The notes under the pieces are model-generated. The model was given only the letters and a program-made list of their open reading frames with translations, did no database searches and was not told the origin of the DNA. The position numbers and the translations under genes were made by a program. A stretch of 64,000 nt of DNA from an uncultured Actinomycetes bacterium (lineage in GTDB: Bacteria; Actinomycetota; Actinomycetes; S36-B12; UBA10799): assembly GCA_946803585.1 (NCBI GenBank), contig CAMPEQ010000010.1, positions 143,052-207,051 on the forward strand. Reading direction: 5' to 3'. This document shows positions 10,117-19,268 of this stretch, one piece after another; positions within the stretch are counted from its first letter, which is position 1; every line of letters starts with the position of its first letter.

Positions 10117-10686
10117 ATGCGAGCAAGTACCAAACGCGTCCGAAACGCCCTTCTCGCGACCTCTGGGGCAATCACTCTTGTCGCCGGGGTCACGGCCTGC
10201 CAGCCCCCGGACTTCGCCTTAGCGGTTCCTGATGCGTACAAGTCATATTTTCAAGTAGCCGCTAAACGCTGTCCGGGAGTGCTCACTCCCGAGGGTCTAG
10301 CAGCTCAGGCTTCCGCCGAGAGCGGCTTCGACCCCACCGCGGTCTCACCGGCCGGTGCTGAAGGATTGATGCAGATCATCCCTGACGTGTGGACGGTGTA
10401 TGGGACCGACGCAGACGGCGACGGTCGTGCGAATCCGTTTACCGCAGCGGATTCTGTCGCAACGTCCGCAAAGTTCAGTTGCTACCTATCTCGCGAGGTC
10501 AAGCCGATTCGCGGCGACCAAACTGAGTTGCGCCTAGCCGCATACAACGCCGGGCTTGGCGCGGTACAGCGCTACGAGGGGATCCCGCCCTACCGCGAGA
10601 CCCAAGACTACGTTGAGCGAGTCGCGAGCCGAACCGAGAACTTTGCAGATGACTTCAATCAGCCGACTGCCGCAATGACCGAGTAG
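10117..10686 (+). CDS. lytic transglycosylase (SLT domain) lipoprotein
   Basis: AGGAGG/AAGGAG RBS. Lipobox LVAGVTAC. SLT motif AQASAESGFDP...AEGLMQIIPDVW...AYNAG. Confidence 0.8.
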   Translation: MRASTKRVRNALLATSGAITLVAGVTACQPPDFALAVPDAYKSYFQVAAKRCPGVLTPEGLAAQASAESGFDPTAVSPAGAEGLMQIIPDVWTVYGTDADGDGRANPFTAADSVATSAKFSCYLSREVKPIRGDQTELRLAAYNAGLGAVQRYEGIPPYRETQDYVERVASRTENFADDFNQPTAAMTE

Positions 10687-10777
10687 TCCTGCCCGTCTGC
10701 TTCCCGATTGCGGCATCTGGGGCTGATTCCTGCTGCTCGACGCGACAAAGCCGACACTGAATCGCCAGAGTAGGCAC

Positions 10778-10876
10778 ATGAAGAAAATCATCCTCATCGT
10801 TGCTGTCCTTGCCGCCGCTGCCGGAGTCGCGTACTTCCTGAAACAACAGCAAGGTGACGCCGAGATCGACGCCTAA
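10778..10876 (+). CDS. possible 32-aa single-TM small protein
   Basis: ATG ORF below the track cutoff: MKKIILIVAVLAAAAGVAYFLKQQQGDAEIDA. One clean hydrophobic helix. No strong RBS seen. Confidence 0.3.
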   Translation: MKKIILIVAVLAAAAGVAYFLKQQQGDAEIDA

Positions 10877-10931
10877 CCCAACTTCGGGTTACCTACAACG
10901 CGCAACCCTCGTGTGAGTCCCGCACTTCGCG

Positions 10932-13472
10932 CTACTCGTTGCCTATTGCGTCCAAAATATTGAGCTTCGCGGCCCGCGCCGCTGGGCGCAATCCTGCAAG
11001 CACGCCAACGAGGGCACCAACGATGCCTACCACTATGAGTTGGTCGATAGGCAGAGTGAATCGAGCGATGTCCTCCTGCGCTTGAACTGCGCGCATCAGC
11101 GCCCAGCCGAGCACCACTCCCAGCATGGTCCCGCTGAGGGTGCCGAATAGAGCAATGATCACTGATTCCCACCTGACCATTGAGCGTGTTTGACCACGAG
11201 TTTGCCCGACGGCCCGCAATAGCCCTAGCTCACGTGTGCGTTCGTGGATCGACAACGACAGTGTGTTAGCTATTCCCATCAACGCGATGATGATGGCCAG
11301 ACCTAGCAGCACATAGACGATATTCAAGAGCTGATCGATCTGATCCGCTGTCGATTGAATGAACTCAGTGCGGGTCTGTACCTGTCCGGCCGAGTACTGG
11401 TCGGAGATCTGCTGAACAGTCTGCTGCACTGATTGCTCGTCAGCGCCCGGAGCCAACGACATCAAGATGGTATTGAACGTGAGTTGTCGCACGTGACTGC
11501 CATAGATCGCTGGCGAGATGATTCCGTTTCCGACCAACTCCTCGCCCTCATAGATCGAACCGATCGTCATCTCTTCGATGATTCCGTCGGCAAAGCTCAC
11601 TGCTACCTCACTACCGACGCCGAACCCGTTCTCCGATGCCGTCTCGCGCGAGATAGCGAGTTCATTGGCTTTCAGCGCTTGCACTGATCCTCCGGTACTT
11701 GGCAACACGATGAGTTGCCCAAGCTCCGCCGGATTCGCCACGGTGAGGTTGATCTGCTTCCCGTTGGCAAGCACTGTCCCCTGCCCAAGGGCAGCAAGCG
11801 CCTCAATTCCGTCTACCTCATCGATGTCATCGATCATCGTGGGGCTATAACCGGCACCACTGAAGTTCGAGGATGACATCACGAGTTCTCCTCGAAACGA
11901 ACCGGCAACGCTGGTGTCGATCGAGGTCTTGATTGAGGCAGCAAAGATGGTGAAGAGCGTGACAACCGCCACGCCCACCATCAAGGCGGCAGCGGTGTTG
12001 GCCGTCCGTCGTGGGTTCCGAATTGCGTTGCGCTGGGCCATCGCCCCGGCCACTCCGCGCAGCCATTTGATCGGCACCCCGAGTGCCCACCCGATCGGAC
12101 GGGCGGCAACGGGACTGAATACGAGGTAGCCAAGGAATAGCAGAGCTGCCCCGATCGCGGTTCGCCACAAGATCCAGTACGTGCTCGGGATCAGCAAGGT
12201 CATCAAGATAAGCAGCCCAAACCCAAGGAGAATCACACCCAATGCGACCCGCCCTGGCGATGTTGACGAGCGATCCGAGGAGATTTCCCGCAGAGCCGCC
12301 AATGGAGGCACTCGAGAAGCCTTGATCGCCGGGAAGACACTGGCAATCACCGTGACGGAAATCCCAACCGTCACCGATAGCGCGACTGCCCCGCTGGTAA
12401 TGGTCAGCCCGCCCGGCGGCAATCCGAACCCAATCACGTCGAGGAATGACCTCAGGCCGGTCGCGAGCAGTATTCCCGCGCCGAGCCCAATCACCGACGC
12501 CATTACCCCGATGAGCAATGACTCCAACGCCAGCGATCGCATGATCTGAGCCCGGGAGGCACCCAGCGCCCGTAGTAGTGCCGACTCGCGGGAGCGCTGC
12601 GCGACGGTGACGGCAAAGGTGTTGTAGATACTGAAACTGGCCACGATCAGGGCAATGACAGCAAACACCAACAGGAACGTCCGAAAGAACCCTAGGAAGC
12701 CATCTTCTATCTGCTGATTCTGCTCAACCGTCAACTGCTCGCCGGTAATCGCCGTCGCGTTTGGGGGCAAAACAGGCTCAACTGCTGCCAACACATCCTG
12801 CTGCGATACCCCGCTTTCTCCCTCAAGCAGGATCTGACTCACCCGGCCTGGCTCTCCGAGGTACTTCTGAGCATCGCCGAGCGTCAGACCTGCATAGGTC
12901 GTTCCTGCCAGGCTGTCAGCGCTACCGAAGGTGGCAATTCCGACCACCGTGACCGGAACAGGGTCGGGTACTCGCAGGGTCGTCTTACTCCCGATCCCGA
13001 GCTCACCGTCAATTGCCGCGCCCTGATCAATCACGATCTCGCCGTCACTTACTGGAGGCCGCCCGCTGACGATTCGGTAGGGGTTCAGCGCTGGGTTGTC
13101 TATCCAACTCCCCGCCAACGTCGGCGGACCTTCTCCCCCAATTGGACGACCATCTGATCCAGAAATCTGGCCCACGCCTTGGATATTCGGTTGTGCCGAG
13201 GACACCTCCGGAAGCCCGTTAAGTGTCACCAACAGCGAATCCGGGATCGAGCCTGATTGACCGCGGGCACCACCCCCGATCGACTTCGAACTCTGAACGA
13301 CCACGTCGGTGCCAGCATTCGCGGTGACGAATATCGAATCAAAGCTGGCCCGCATGGTGTCGCTGAGTACCAACGTGCCGGCCAAGAAGGCCACACCAAG
13401 AACAACCGCCGACAGGGTCCCGACTAGTCGACGCTTACGGCCTATGAGGCTCTTCCACGCGATTCTGACCAT
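10932..13472 (-). CDS. ABC transporter permease, FtsX/MacB-like with two FtsX domains
   Basis: Start at MVRIAWKSLIGRKRRLVGTLSAVVLGVAF (typical N-terminus). Two 4-TM FtsX modules are separated by large extracytoplasmic domains. No adjacent ATPase gene. Confidence 0.85.
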   Translation of the reverse strand: MVRIAWKSLIGRKRRLVGTLSAVVLGVAFLAGTLVLSDTMRASFDSIFVTANAGTDVVVQSSKSIGGGARGQSGSIPDSLLVTLNGLPEVSSAQPNIQGVGQISGSDGRPIGGEGPPTLAGSWIDNPALNPYRIVSGRPPVSDGEIVIDQGAAIDGELGIGSKTTLRVPDPVPVTVVGIATFGSADSLAGTTYAGLTLGDAQKYLGEPGRVSQILLEGESGVSQQDVLAAVEPVLPPNATAITGEQLTVEQNQQIEDGFLGFFRTFLLVFAVIALIVASFSIYNTFAVTVAQRSRESALLRALGASRAQIMRSLALESLLIGVMASVIGLGAGILLATGLRSFLDVIGFGLPPGGLTITSGAVALSVTVGISVTVIASVFPAIKASRVPPLAALREISSDRSSTSPGRVALGVILLGFGLLILMTLLIPSTYWILWRTAIGAALLFLGYLVFSPVAARPIGWALGVPIKWLRGVAGAMAQRNAIRNPRRTANTAAALMVGVAVVTLFTIFAASIKTSIDTSVAGSFRGELVMSSSNFSGAGYSPTMIDDIDEVDGIEALAALGQGTVLANGKQINLTVANPAELGQLIVLPSTGGSVQALKANELAISRETASENGFGVGSEVAVSFADGIIEEMTIGSIYEGEELVGNGIISPAIYGSHVRQLTFNTILMSLAPGADEQSVQQTVQQISDQYSAGQVQTRTEFIQSTADQIDQLLNIVYVLLGLAIIIALMGIANTLSLSIHERTRELGLLRAVGQTRGQTRSMVRWESVIIALFGTLSGTMLGVVLGWALMRAVQAQEDIARFTLPIDQLIVVGIVGALVGVLAGLRPAARAAKLNILDAIGNE

Positions 13473-13609
13473 CTGGTCGTGACCAAACCCTTCAGCGCCA
13501 TGGACGAATGCCGATGACAGCACCAACGGTAGCGACGCTGATGCTGTCGCACTTAGCTGGCGTACCCGAACACGCAACACTGCGAGTTCCGGCCCTATCG
13601 TTACCTCTT

Positions 13610-14242
13610 GTGGCGAGAGGACTACCTGAGAAGCTTCGTGCACGCCCCGACGCGATCATCAAAATGATGGGCGAAGCGGCCGATCATCTACCGCAAGCAG
13701 CCGTTTCGTTCTACACAGTTGCCTCGGCCAAGCCCACCGCGCGGCCAGCTTTGGTCAAAGCACTCAGCAAGATTGAACAGGAAGCCGATAGTCGTCACTT
13801 GAAGCTTGTTCGCAAGGTTGCATCGACCTTCGTCACCCCATATGAGCGAGACGATCTGTACCAGATGCTCGAGAAGCTCGACGACACTATCGATGCACTT
13901 GAGCATGCCGGGAAGTTAATCGTCGAGTTCGAGATGAAGGCGCTACCCGATCAGTACGTGAAGAACGCTCAGGAGCTCGTCGGCATGAGCGAAGCTGCTC
14001 GCGACGCAGTGAACCTAATCAAGAAGCCAAACAAGATGGAACGTGCACTGTTCCGGATCAATGAACACGAGAATGCCCTCGATGAGGGCTACCGAAAAGT
14101 GCTGACTGATGCGCTCACTACCGGTTCTGACCCGATTGAGGCCATCAAACTGAAGACGCTGGCCGATTCTGTAGAGGATGCGGCCAGCCTGATCGAGGAC
14201 TTCGTGCGGACCCTGTCGATCACCGCTCTCAAAGAAAACTGA
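13610..14242 (+). CDS. DUF47 (PhoU-like, Pit-accessory type) family protein
   Basis: STFVTPYERDDLYQMLEKLDDTIDALEHA is the DUF47 signature. GTG at 13610 gives about 210 aa, the family-typical length. Start is uncertain because no clear RBS was seen. Confidence 0.7.
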   Translation: MARGLPEKLRARPDAIIKMMGEAADHLPQAAVSFYTVASAKPTARPALVKALSKIEQEADSRHLKLVRKVASTFVTPYERDDLYQMLEKLDDTIDALEHAGKLIVEFEMKALPDQYVKNAQELVGMSEAARDAVNLIKKPNKMERALFRINEHENALDEGYRKVLTDALTTGSDPIEAIKLKTLADSVEDAASLIEDFVRTLSITALKEN

Positions 14243-14314
14243 GGAATAGCGGACGCCTGAGGCGTGTTCTGGGCCATGACTTAGTTACATCAACTCCACG
14301 CCCGGAGGTACCAA

Positions 14315-15295
14315 ATGCCCGCCGTAACCGTCGAGGACCTACTAGCGCTACCTCGGGTGGATACCCCTGATCCTCAGACAACCACCGAACGCCCAGTCCT
14401 CTCAGTCACAACTGCACCGAAGGGCTTCGAAGGCGAGGGGTTCCCTGTGCGCCGAGCCTTTGCCGGAGTTGATCTACGCGCCCTTGATCCGTTCATTCAT
14501 ATGGATCAAATGGGTGAGGTGGAGTATGCGCCGGGCACCCCGAAAGGCACCCCTTGGCACCCGCATCGCGGGTTCGAGACCGTCACCTACATGATCGACG
14601 GCGAGATGGCCCATGCTGATTCCCACGGCGGAGGCGGGCTCATCACGAATGGCGACACTCAGTGGATGACTGCCGGCTCCGGATTGCTTCATATCGAGAC
14701 TCCACCAGAACACCTCGTTGCCAGCGGTGGGCTGTTTCATGGGCTCCAACTTTGGGTGAACCTACCCAAAGCCAACAAGTTCTTGGAGCCGCGCTACCAA
14801 GACATTCGCGCAGGCAATGTTGCCTTGGCAACCACTCCCGACGGCGGTGCCCTCATCCGGGTGATCGCGGGCCAGATCGGCGATCAAACCGGGCCAGGAT
14901 CTACCCACACGCCGATCAATCTGGCGCACGTCTCGATCTCGCCAGGCGCGTCCGCGACGCTTCCCTGGAATCCACGCTTCAATGCCCTGGCATTCGCATT
15001 GGCGGGATCGGGCACCGCTGGACCGAGCGCGCAACCGCTGAACTCGGGTCAGCTTGCCGTCTTCGGCCACGGTGACTCAATCACGTTGTCGGCGAATAGC
15101 GTGCAGGATTCCCGGCACCAGAATCTCGAAGTATTCGTACTTGGCGGACAGCCAATCCGCGAGCCGATCGCAATGTACGGTCCATTTGTTATGAACACCA
15201 AGAGCGAACTCGTACAGGCCTACGAGGACTTCCAGCAGGGCCGACTCGGAACTATTCCGACCGCTCACAGTGGCGTCACGGGGTCGAGCGCATAG
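14315..15295 (+). CDS. pirin family protein
   Basis: GGAGG RBS. The HPHRGFETVTYMIDGEMAHADSHG cupin metal site is typical of pirins. Confidence 0.9.
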   Translation: MPAVTVEDLLALPRVDTPDPQTTTERPVLSVTTAPKGFEGEGFPVRRAFAGVDLRALDPFIHMDQMGEVEYAPGTPKGTPWHPHRGFETVTYMIDGEMAHADSHGGGGLITNGDTQWMTAGSGLLHIETPPEHLVASGGLFHGLQLWVNLPKANKFLEPRYQDIRAGNVALATTPDGGALIRVIAGQIGDQTGPGSTHTPINLAHVSISPGASATLPWNPRFNALAFALAGSGTAGPSAQPLNSGQLAVFGHGDSITLSANSVQDSRHQNLEVFVLGGQPIREPIAMYGPFVMNTKSELVQAYEDFQQGRLGTIPTAHSGVTGSSA

Positions 15296-15356
15296 CTCGG
15301 GTTAGCTCTGACGTAGTGGGCAACCCGGGAACCACATTGGCGGCAGACACGACAAT

Positions 15357-15411
15357 GCCCCGCCTACGCGCGGCGCTGGACCAATAGGTCCAACACCACG
15401 CAGGGCGGGGC
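15357..15411. terminator. nested hairpin between convergent genes
   Basis: Outer arms GCCCCGCC...GGCGGGGC enclose a perfect inner hairpin TGGACC-AATA-GGTCCA. Lies between pirin (+) and the SHOCT gene (-). Confidence 0.55.
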
Positions 15412-15451
15412 GCGTCGCTGGTGCTACGAACTCAGACGAGCCGAGCTGTGC

Positions 15452-15829
15452 CTAGGCGAGTGCCTTGGCCTTGATCTGCTCGAACTCGGCATCTGTGATG
15501 GTGCCGGCCTCGTGTAGTTCCTTTGCCTTAGCGATCTGGTCAGCCGGATCGACTGCTGCGACATCGCGGATGTAGGCATCCTGCTGCTTCTTGGCTTCCA
15601 CCATTGCCTCTTGCGCACGCTCCTGCATTCCGCGACCGCGAACGATCAGGTAGATCAACGCAGCGATTGGCGTCAAGAAGATGAGGAAGAACACCCAGAT
15701 TGCCTTTGCCCAACCACTCAGCTCACGATCTCGGAAGAGATCGCCGAAGATGTAGAAAAGGACCATGAGGAACATGAACAAGAAGAAGATCCACAAGGTC
15801 GTGAGGAAGATATTACCGAACGTTTCCAT
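15452..15829 (-). CDS. PLD-nuclease-N-terminal-like membrane domain / SHOCT domain protein
   Basis: Two N-terminal TM helices (LTTLWIFFLFMFLMVLFYIF..., IWVFFLIFLTPIAALIYLIV). C-terminal SHOCT motif ELHEAGTITDAEFEQIKAKALA. Confidence 0.75.
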   Translation of the reverse strand: METFGNIFLTTLWIFFLFMFLMVLFYIFGDLFRDRELSGWAKAIWVFFLIFLTPIAALIYLIVRGRGMQERAQEAMVEAKKQQDAYIRDVAAVDPADQIAKAKELHEAGTITDAEFEQIKAKALA

Positions 15830-15923
15830 TTAGGTGCTGCTCCCGTTTGGGTGTGAGTAAAGCTCGAAGTATCAATGCTACATAGCCAACTCCTCAGCGT
15901 GGGTTCCCCCGCCGGTTCGCCAA

Positions 15924-16637
15924 CTAGCGCCAGTTACTCGTCCACTGCTTACCGTCCCACCACATTTGTGAGTCGGTGCCCGGTTGGTACGGGTTGGGGT
16001 ACCAACCGGCTTCAGCGTTCACCCCGGGGCCTACGGGCGCTGCCGGTTCACCGACGGGGAGAGCACCCGGCTGGTTGTACCCGGAACCGGCACCGGTCGA
16101 CAGCCTTCGAACTCGACCACGCACTACCAGAAAGATGCCCACGGTTATCAGGAAGCCACCGCCAACTCCCAAGACCGCAACGTAGGCAATCACGTCACTT
16201 AGTTGCCCGACTGGATCAGCGATCGCCATCACGCTCGATTCACCGCTAACGATCACTGAATAAGACCCGGCCTCGTCGGCCTGAAAGCTCGCTATCCCAT
16301 TTGCCAACTGCAGATCGACTGGCGCAGTGAGGGGGTCCTGGCCATCACAGTAAAGGCAGGTGAGTGGCAGATCCTGACCCGCGGGTCCGAGCACAGAGAG
16401 GTCCTCAACACTGACCGATCGCTCCTGCGCGATCTGGCTTGGCGTAATTGCGCCGCTCTCGGGGTCTACAAGCTGGAACACCGACCATGAGCCTGCCGAG
16501 AGTGAGACCGCTTCCGTCCCCGGCGCCTGCCAGCTCGCGGTACTACCGAAGGCCGACAATCCGAATGCGCCGGCCCCAATCCAGGCAGCAATGCCCAGCA
16601 AAATCCCGGCGATCCCCCACACCCGCATTGGCGTCAT
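15924..16637 (-). CDS. membrane protein with C-terminal DUF2510 domain
   Basis: N-terminal TM, an extracytoplasmic domain of about 130 aa, a second TM, then GWYPNPYQPGTDSQMWWDGKQWTSNW (DUF2510). The start overlaps the htpX stop by 4 nt. Confidence 0.65.
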   Translation of the reverse strand: MTPMRVWGIAGILLGIAAWIGAGAFGLSAFGSTASWQAPGTEAVSLSAGSWSVFQLVDPESGAITPSQIAQERSVSVEDLSVLGPAGQDLPLTCLYCDGQDPLTAPVDLQLANGIASFQADEAGSYSVIVSGESSVMAIADPVGQLSDVIAYVAVLGVGGGFLITVGIFLVVRGRVRRLSTGAGSGYNQPGALPVGEPAAPVGPGVNAEAGWYPNPYQPGTDSQMWWDGKQWTSNWR

Positions 16638-17533
16638 TGCGGCGGTGGCCCTGACTGCTCCATGTTTCGAAGGATGGCGATTCGTTCCGCTAAGGGCGGG
16701 TGGGTGTCAAACATGCTCTTGGTCTTGCCGTCCAGCGGTGACTCGATCCAGACATGACTGACTGCCGTCGATCGGGAGTGCACCACGGCAGAATTCGCAT
16801 CGAGCTTCTCCAGTGCTCGCCGCAGGCCCGCAGGGTTACGAGTGAATGCCACTGCCGTTGCATCGGCGAGGGATTCCCGCTTCCGCGACACCGACGACCG
16901 CAACATAAGTGCTGCGATCGGGGCTAGCAGCAATACGACAATTCCGACGATTGCCAGAATGGGATTGTTGTTGTCGCGTCGAGTGAAGATGGTCATCCGA
17001 ACGCCAATATCAGCGATGATCGCGACAAGTCCGGCGGTAGTGGCGGCGACAGCCATCACCAGTGTGTCGCGGTTTCCCACGTGGGCCATCTCGTGCGCAG
17101 TAACACCCTGCAACTCCTCGCGATCCATCACTTCCAGGATCCCCGTGGTGAACGCAATAACCGCGTGCTCGGGGTTACGTCCGGTAGCGAACGCGTTGGG
17201 CGCAGGATCGTCGACGATCGCGACAGTCGGCATCGGCAAGCCAGCGGCGATCCGAACCTCGTCGACGACGTTGAACAGCAGTGGCGCATCCGCGTGACTG
17301 ATCACGTGTGCCTTCGTCATCTTCAACACGATCTTGTCACTGGACCAGTACGACCCCCAGACTCCGATAAGGGCGATCCCGACGGCGATCGGCACGATCC
17401 AAACCGAGGACCCGCTACCCAGAAGCTGTGCGATAGCCCAAACGGATGCGGTGACGATAATGAACATGAAGAAGAGCAACAGCATCGTCTTGCGCTGGTT
17501 CTTGGATTGCTGAGCGCGAAAAGAAACACTCAT
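16634..17533 (-). CDS. htpX: zinc metalloprotease HtpX (M48 family)
   Basis: HEMAHVGNRD zinc motif, four TM segments, C-terminal HPPLAERI. The start overlaps the lemA stop (ATGA). Confidence 0.9.
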   Translation of the reverse strand: MSVSFRAQQSKNQRKTMLLLFFMFIIVTASVWAIAQLLGSGSSVWIVPIAVGIALIGVWGSYWSSDKIVLKMTKAHVISHADAPLLFNVVDEVRIAAGLPMPTVAIVDDPAPNAFATGRNPEHAVIAFTTGILEVMDREELQGVTAHEMAHVGNRDTLVMAVAATTAGLVAIIADIGVRMTIFTRRDNNNPILAIVGIVVLLLAPIAALMLRSSVSRKRESLADATAVAFTRNPAGLRRALEKLDANSAVVHSRSTAVSHVWIESPLDGKTKSMFDTHPPLAERIAILRNMEQSGPPPQ

Positions 17534-18087
17534 GAGAAACCAACATCTGGTGTCAGCCGATGAGACTCATCCGGCACCTCATAGAACTCCCGCTTCGATG
17601 CATGCGCGATTCCGGCAAAGAACATTGATGGAACGGTAACGACAGCGGTATTCAAGGCTCGGACGCTCTCGTTGTAGTACTGGCGTGCGAATGCCACTTT
17701 GTTCTCGGTTGCGGTGAGCTCCTCCTGGAGTTGCAGGAAGTTCGCCGATGCCTTGAGGTCGGGGTAGTTCTCCGCGACGATCATGACGCCCTTAATCGCT
17801 GAGTTCAGTGCGCCATCTGCTGCCGCCGTCTCCGAAACCGAATGCGCGTCCTTTACCGCCGACCGAGCGTTCGTGACGGCCTCCAGCACGGCGTTCTCGT
17901 GAGTGGCATATCCCTTCACCGTCTGGACTAGGTTGGGGATCAAGTCAGCGCGGCGCGTGAGTTGCACTTCAATCTGCGCGTAACCCTCGTCCACATTCAC
18001 CATCAATCGGCGCAGTCGGTTGAACTGCCAGATAGCGAAAACCACCAAGGCAACGATGATTGCGGCGATAACTAAGGCGAAGACCAT
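17530..18087 (-). CDS. lemA: LemA family protein
   Basis: N-terminal TM followed by the family-typical segments QLTRRADLIPNLV...GYATHE...AENYPDLKA...LTATENKVAFARQYYN. Confidence 0.9.
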   Translation of the reverse strand: MVFALVIAAIIVALVVFAIWQFNRLRRLMVNVDEGYAQIEVQLTRRADLIPNLVQTVKGYATHENAVLEAVTNARSAVKDAHSVSETAAADGALNSAIKGVMIVAENYPDLKASANFLQLQEELTATENKVAFARQYYNESVRALNTAVVTVPSMFFAGIAHASKREFYEVPDESHRLTPDVGFS

Positions 18088-18212
18088 AAATAGACTTTAC
18101 CCAGCATCGGAGCAGATGACGCTTCGACCACCCGGGCATCTCAGACTTCCGTTGCGAGGTGGCAAGGTAGTAGTGTCAAGAATATTGTTCACCGATTCGT
18201 TGGGAGCTAACG

Positions 18213-18566
18213 ATGGACCTCTTGTACCAGGCGAAGTATCTAACGAAGAAGCTCATGCTCACCGTGATGGGCCCGGCCGAACTCGATGAACACGTTGATC
18301 CCGTGAAGAAGCTTGACCGGGAGAAGAAGGAGCGTTCGGGCGACACGGGCGACGACAAGCCCGCAAAGGAATACCCCAAGAAGCGCAAGTTCGATTCCGG
18401 AGAATCGACCCCCACCGCAAAGAAGTCTGCGCCGAAGAAGGCACCGGCAAAGAAGGCTGCGGCAAAGCCGCAGACAACTGCAGACGCAAAGCCAGCTAAG
18501 AAGGCGCCCGCACAAAAGGCAACGTCGAAGAAGACGACCACCAAGCCACGCAACCAGCCAGGCTGA
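18213..18566 (+). CDS. small basic protein with Lys/Ala/Pro-rich histone-H1-like tail
   Basis: GGGAGC RBS 5 nt upstream of the ATG. The C-terminal 60 aa are AKKSAPKKAPAKKAAAKP...AKPAKKAPAQKATSKK repeats. The N-terminal ~55 aa are unassigned. Confidence 0.5.
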   Translation: MDLLYQAKYLTKKLMLTVMGPAELDEHVDPVKKLDREKKERSGDTGDDKPAKEYPKKRKFDSGESTPTAKKSAPKKAPAKKAAAKPQTTADAKPAKKAPAQKATSKKTTTKPRNQPG

Positions 18567-18593
18567 TTGACCCGCTAGGTCGGCTGCACTGCG

Positions 18594-19259
18594 TTAGTCG
18601 GCGGCAGCTTCGAATCGCCGGAGCAGGTGTGCACGTGCTGCGAGTTTGGTCTTGGCGTATGCATCGGAATTACGAGACGCGAGTTCCTGCGCTCGAGCGA
18701 TCGCAGCCTCGACGACATCGCCAGCGTTGCCGTCGATTACCCGGTCTAGGAGGCCGACCTCGACGGCCTGCTCCGTACTGTAGATCTCGCCGAGGAGGAC
18801 CTCTTCAACACGAGGCGGTGATAGACGGTATTGCGAGAGGGCAATACCGAACTCCGGCATCGGGACGCCAATCGACACCTCGTTGAAGCCAATCCGGACG
18901 TCGCCCACTCTGCCGATTCGAGAATCGGCAACCAGGAGATAGGTAACCCCGCCCGCGATTGCGTGGCCCGTGCAGGCAACCACAACCGGCTTGGGACAGG
19001 AGAAGATCGCCAAGAAGAGTTCGGCACCCGCGTTGATAATTGCGTCGCGCTGCTCGGGACCCTTCACCACCTCGGTGAGGTCAAATCCGGCGGACAGACA
19101 CTTGGCATTGCCGGCGATCACTACCGCGTCGAACTCATCTCGAGCTTGGGCAAAGCCAGCCAACGCCTCCGTCAGGAACTGATAGCTCATCGCGTTGACG
19201 CTGCCGTCATCTAGGGTCAGCAGCCCCACGGAATCGTGGGCTTCAACAGTGATAGTCAT
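18594..19259 (-). CDS. enoyl-CoA hydratase/isomerase (crotonase) family protein
   Basis: The crotonase-fold oxyanion region VVIAGNAKCLSAGFDL...VVACTGHAIAGG is typical of the family. Confidence 0.85.
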   Translation of the reverse strand: MTITVEAHDSVGLLTLDDGSVNAMSYQFLTEALAGFAQARDEFDAVVIAGNAKCLSAGFDLTEVVKGPEQRDAIINAGAELFLAIFSCPKPVVVACTGHAIAGGVTYLLVADSRIGRVGDVRIGFNEVSIGVPMPEFGIALSQYRLSPPRVEEVLLGEIYSTEQAVEVGLLDRVIDGNAGDVVEAAIARAQELASRNSDAYAKTKLAARAHLLRRFEAAAD

Positions 19260-19268
19260 AGCGTCAGC

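Noticed and set aside
13473-13643. N-terminal extension of the permease ORF (and similar long extensions on pckG, katG, hsdR, RhuM, WS/DGAT, furA, etc.)
   Set aside because: The track reports the longest ATG/GTG/TTG ORFs. In each case an internal start gives the family-typical N-terminus, often with an RBS or a start/stop overlap with the upstream gene. The extensions are Arg/Ser-rich and would collide with neighbouring genes.
18176-18553. 125-aa Phe/Ala-rich minus-strand ORF
   Set aside because: It is the antisense image of the Lys/Ala-rich gene (AAG/GCN read backwards). The plus-strand ORF has the RBS and a sensible genomic context.
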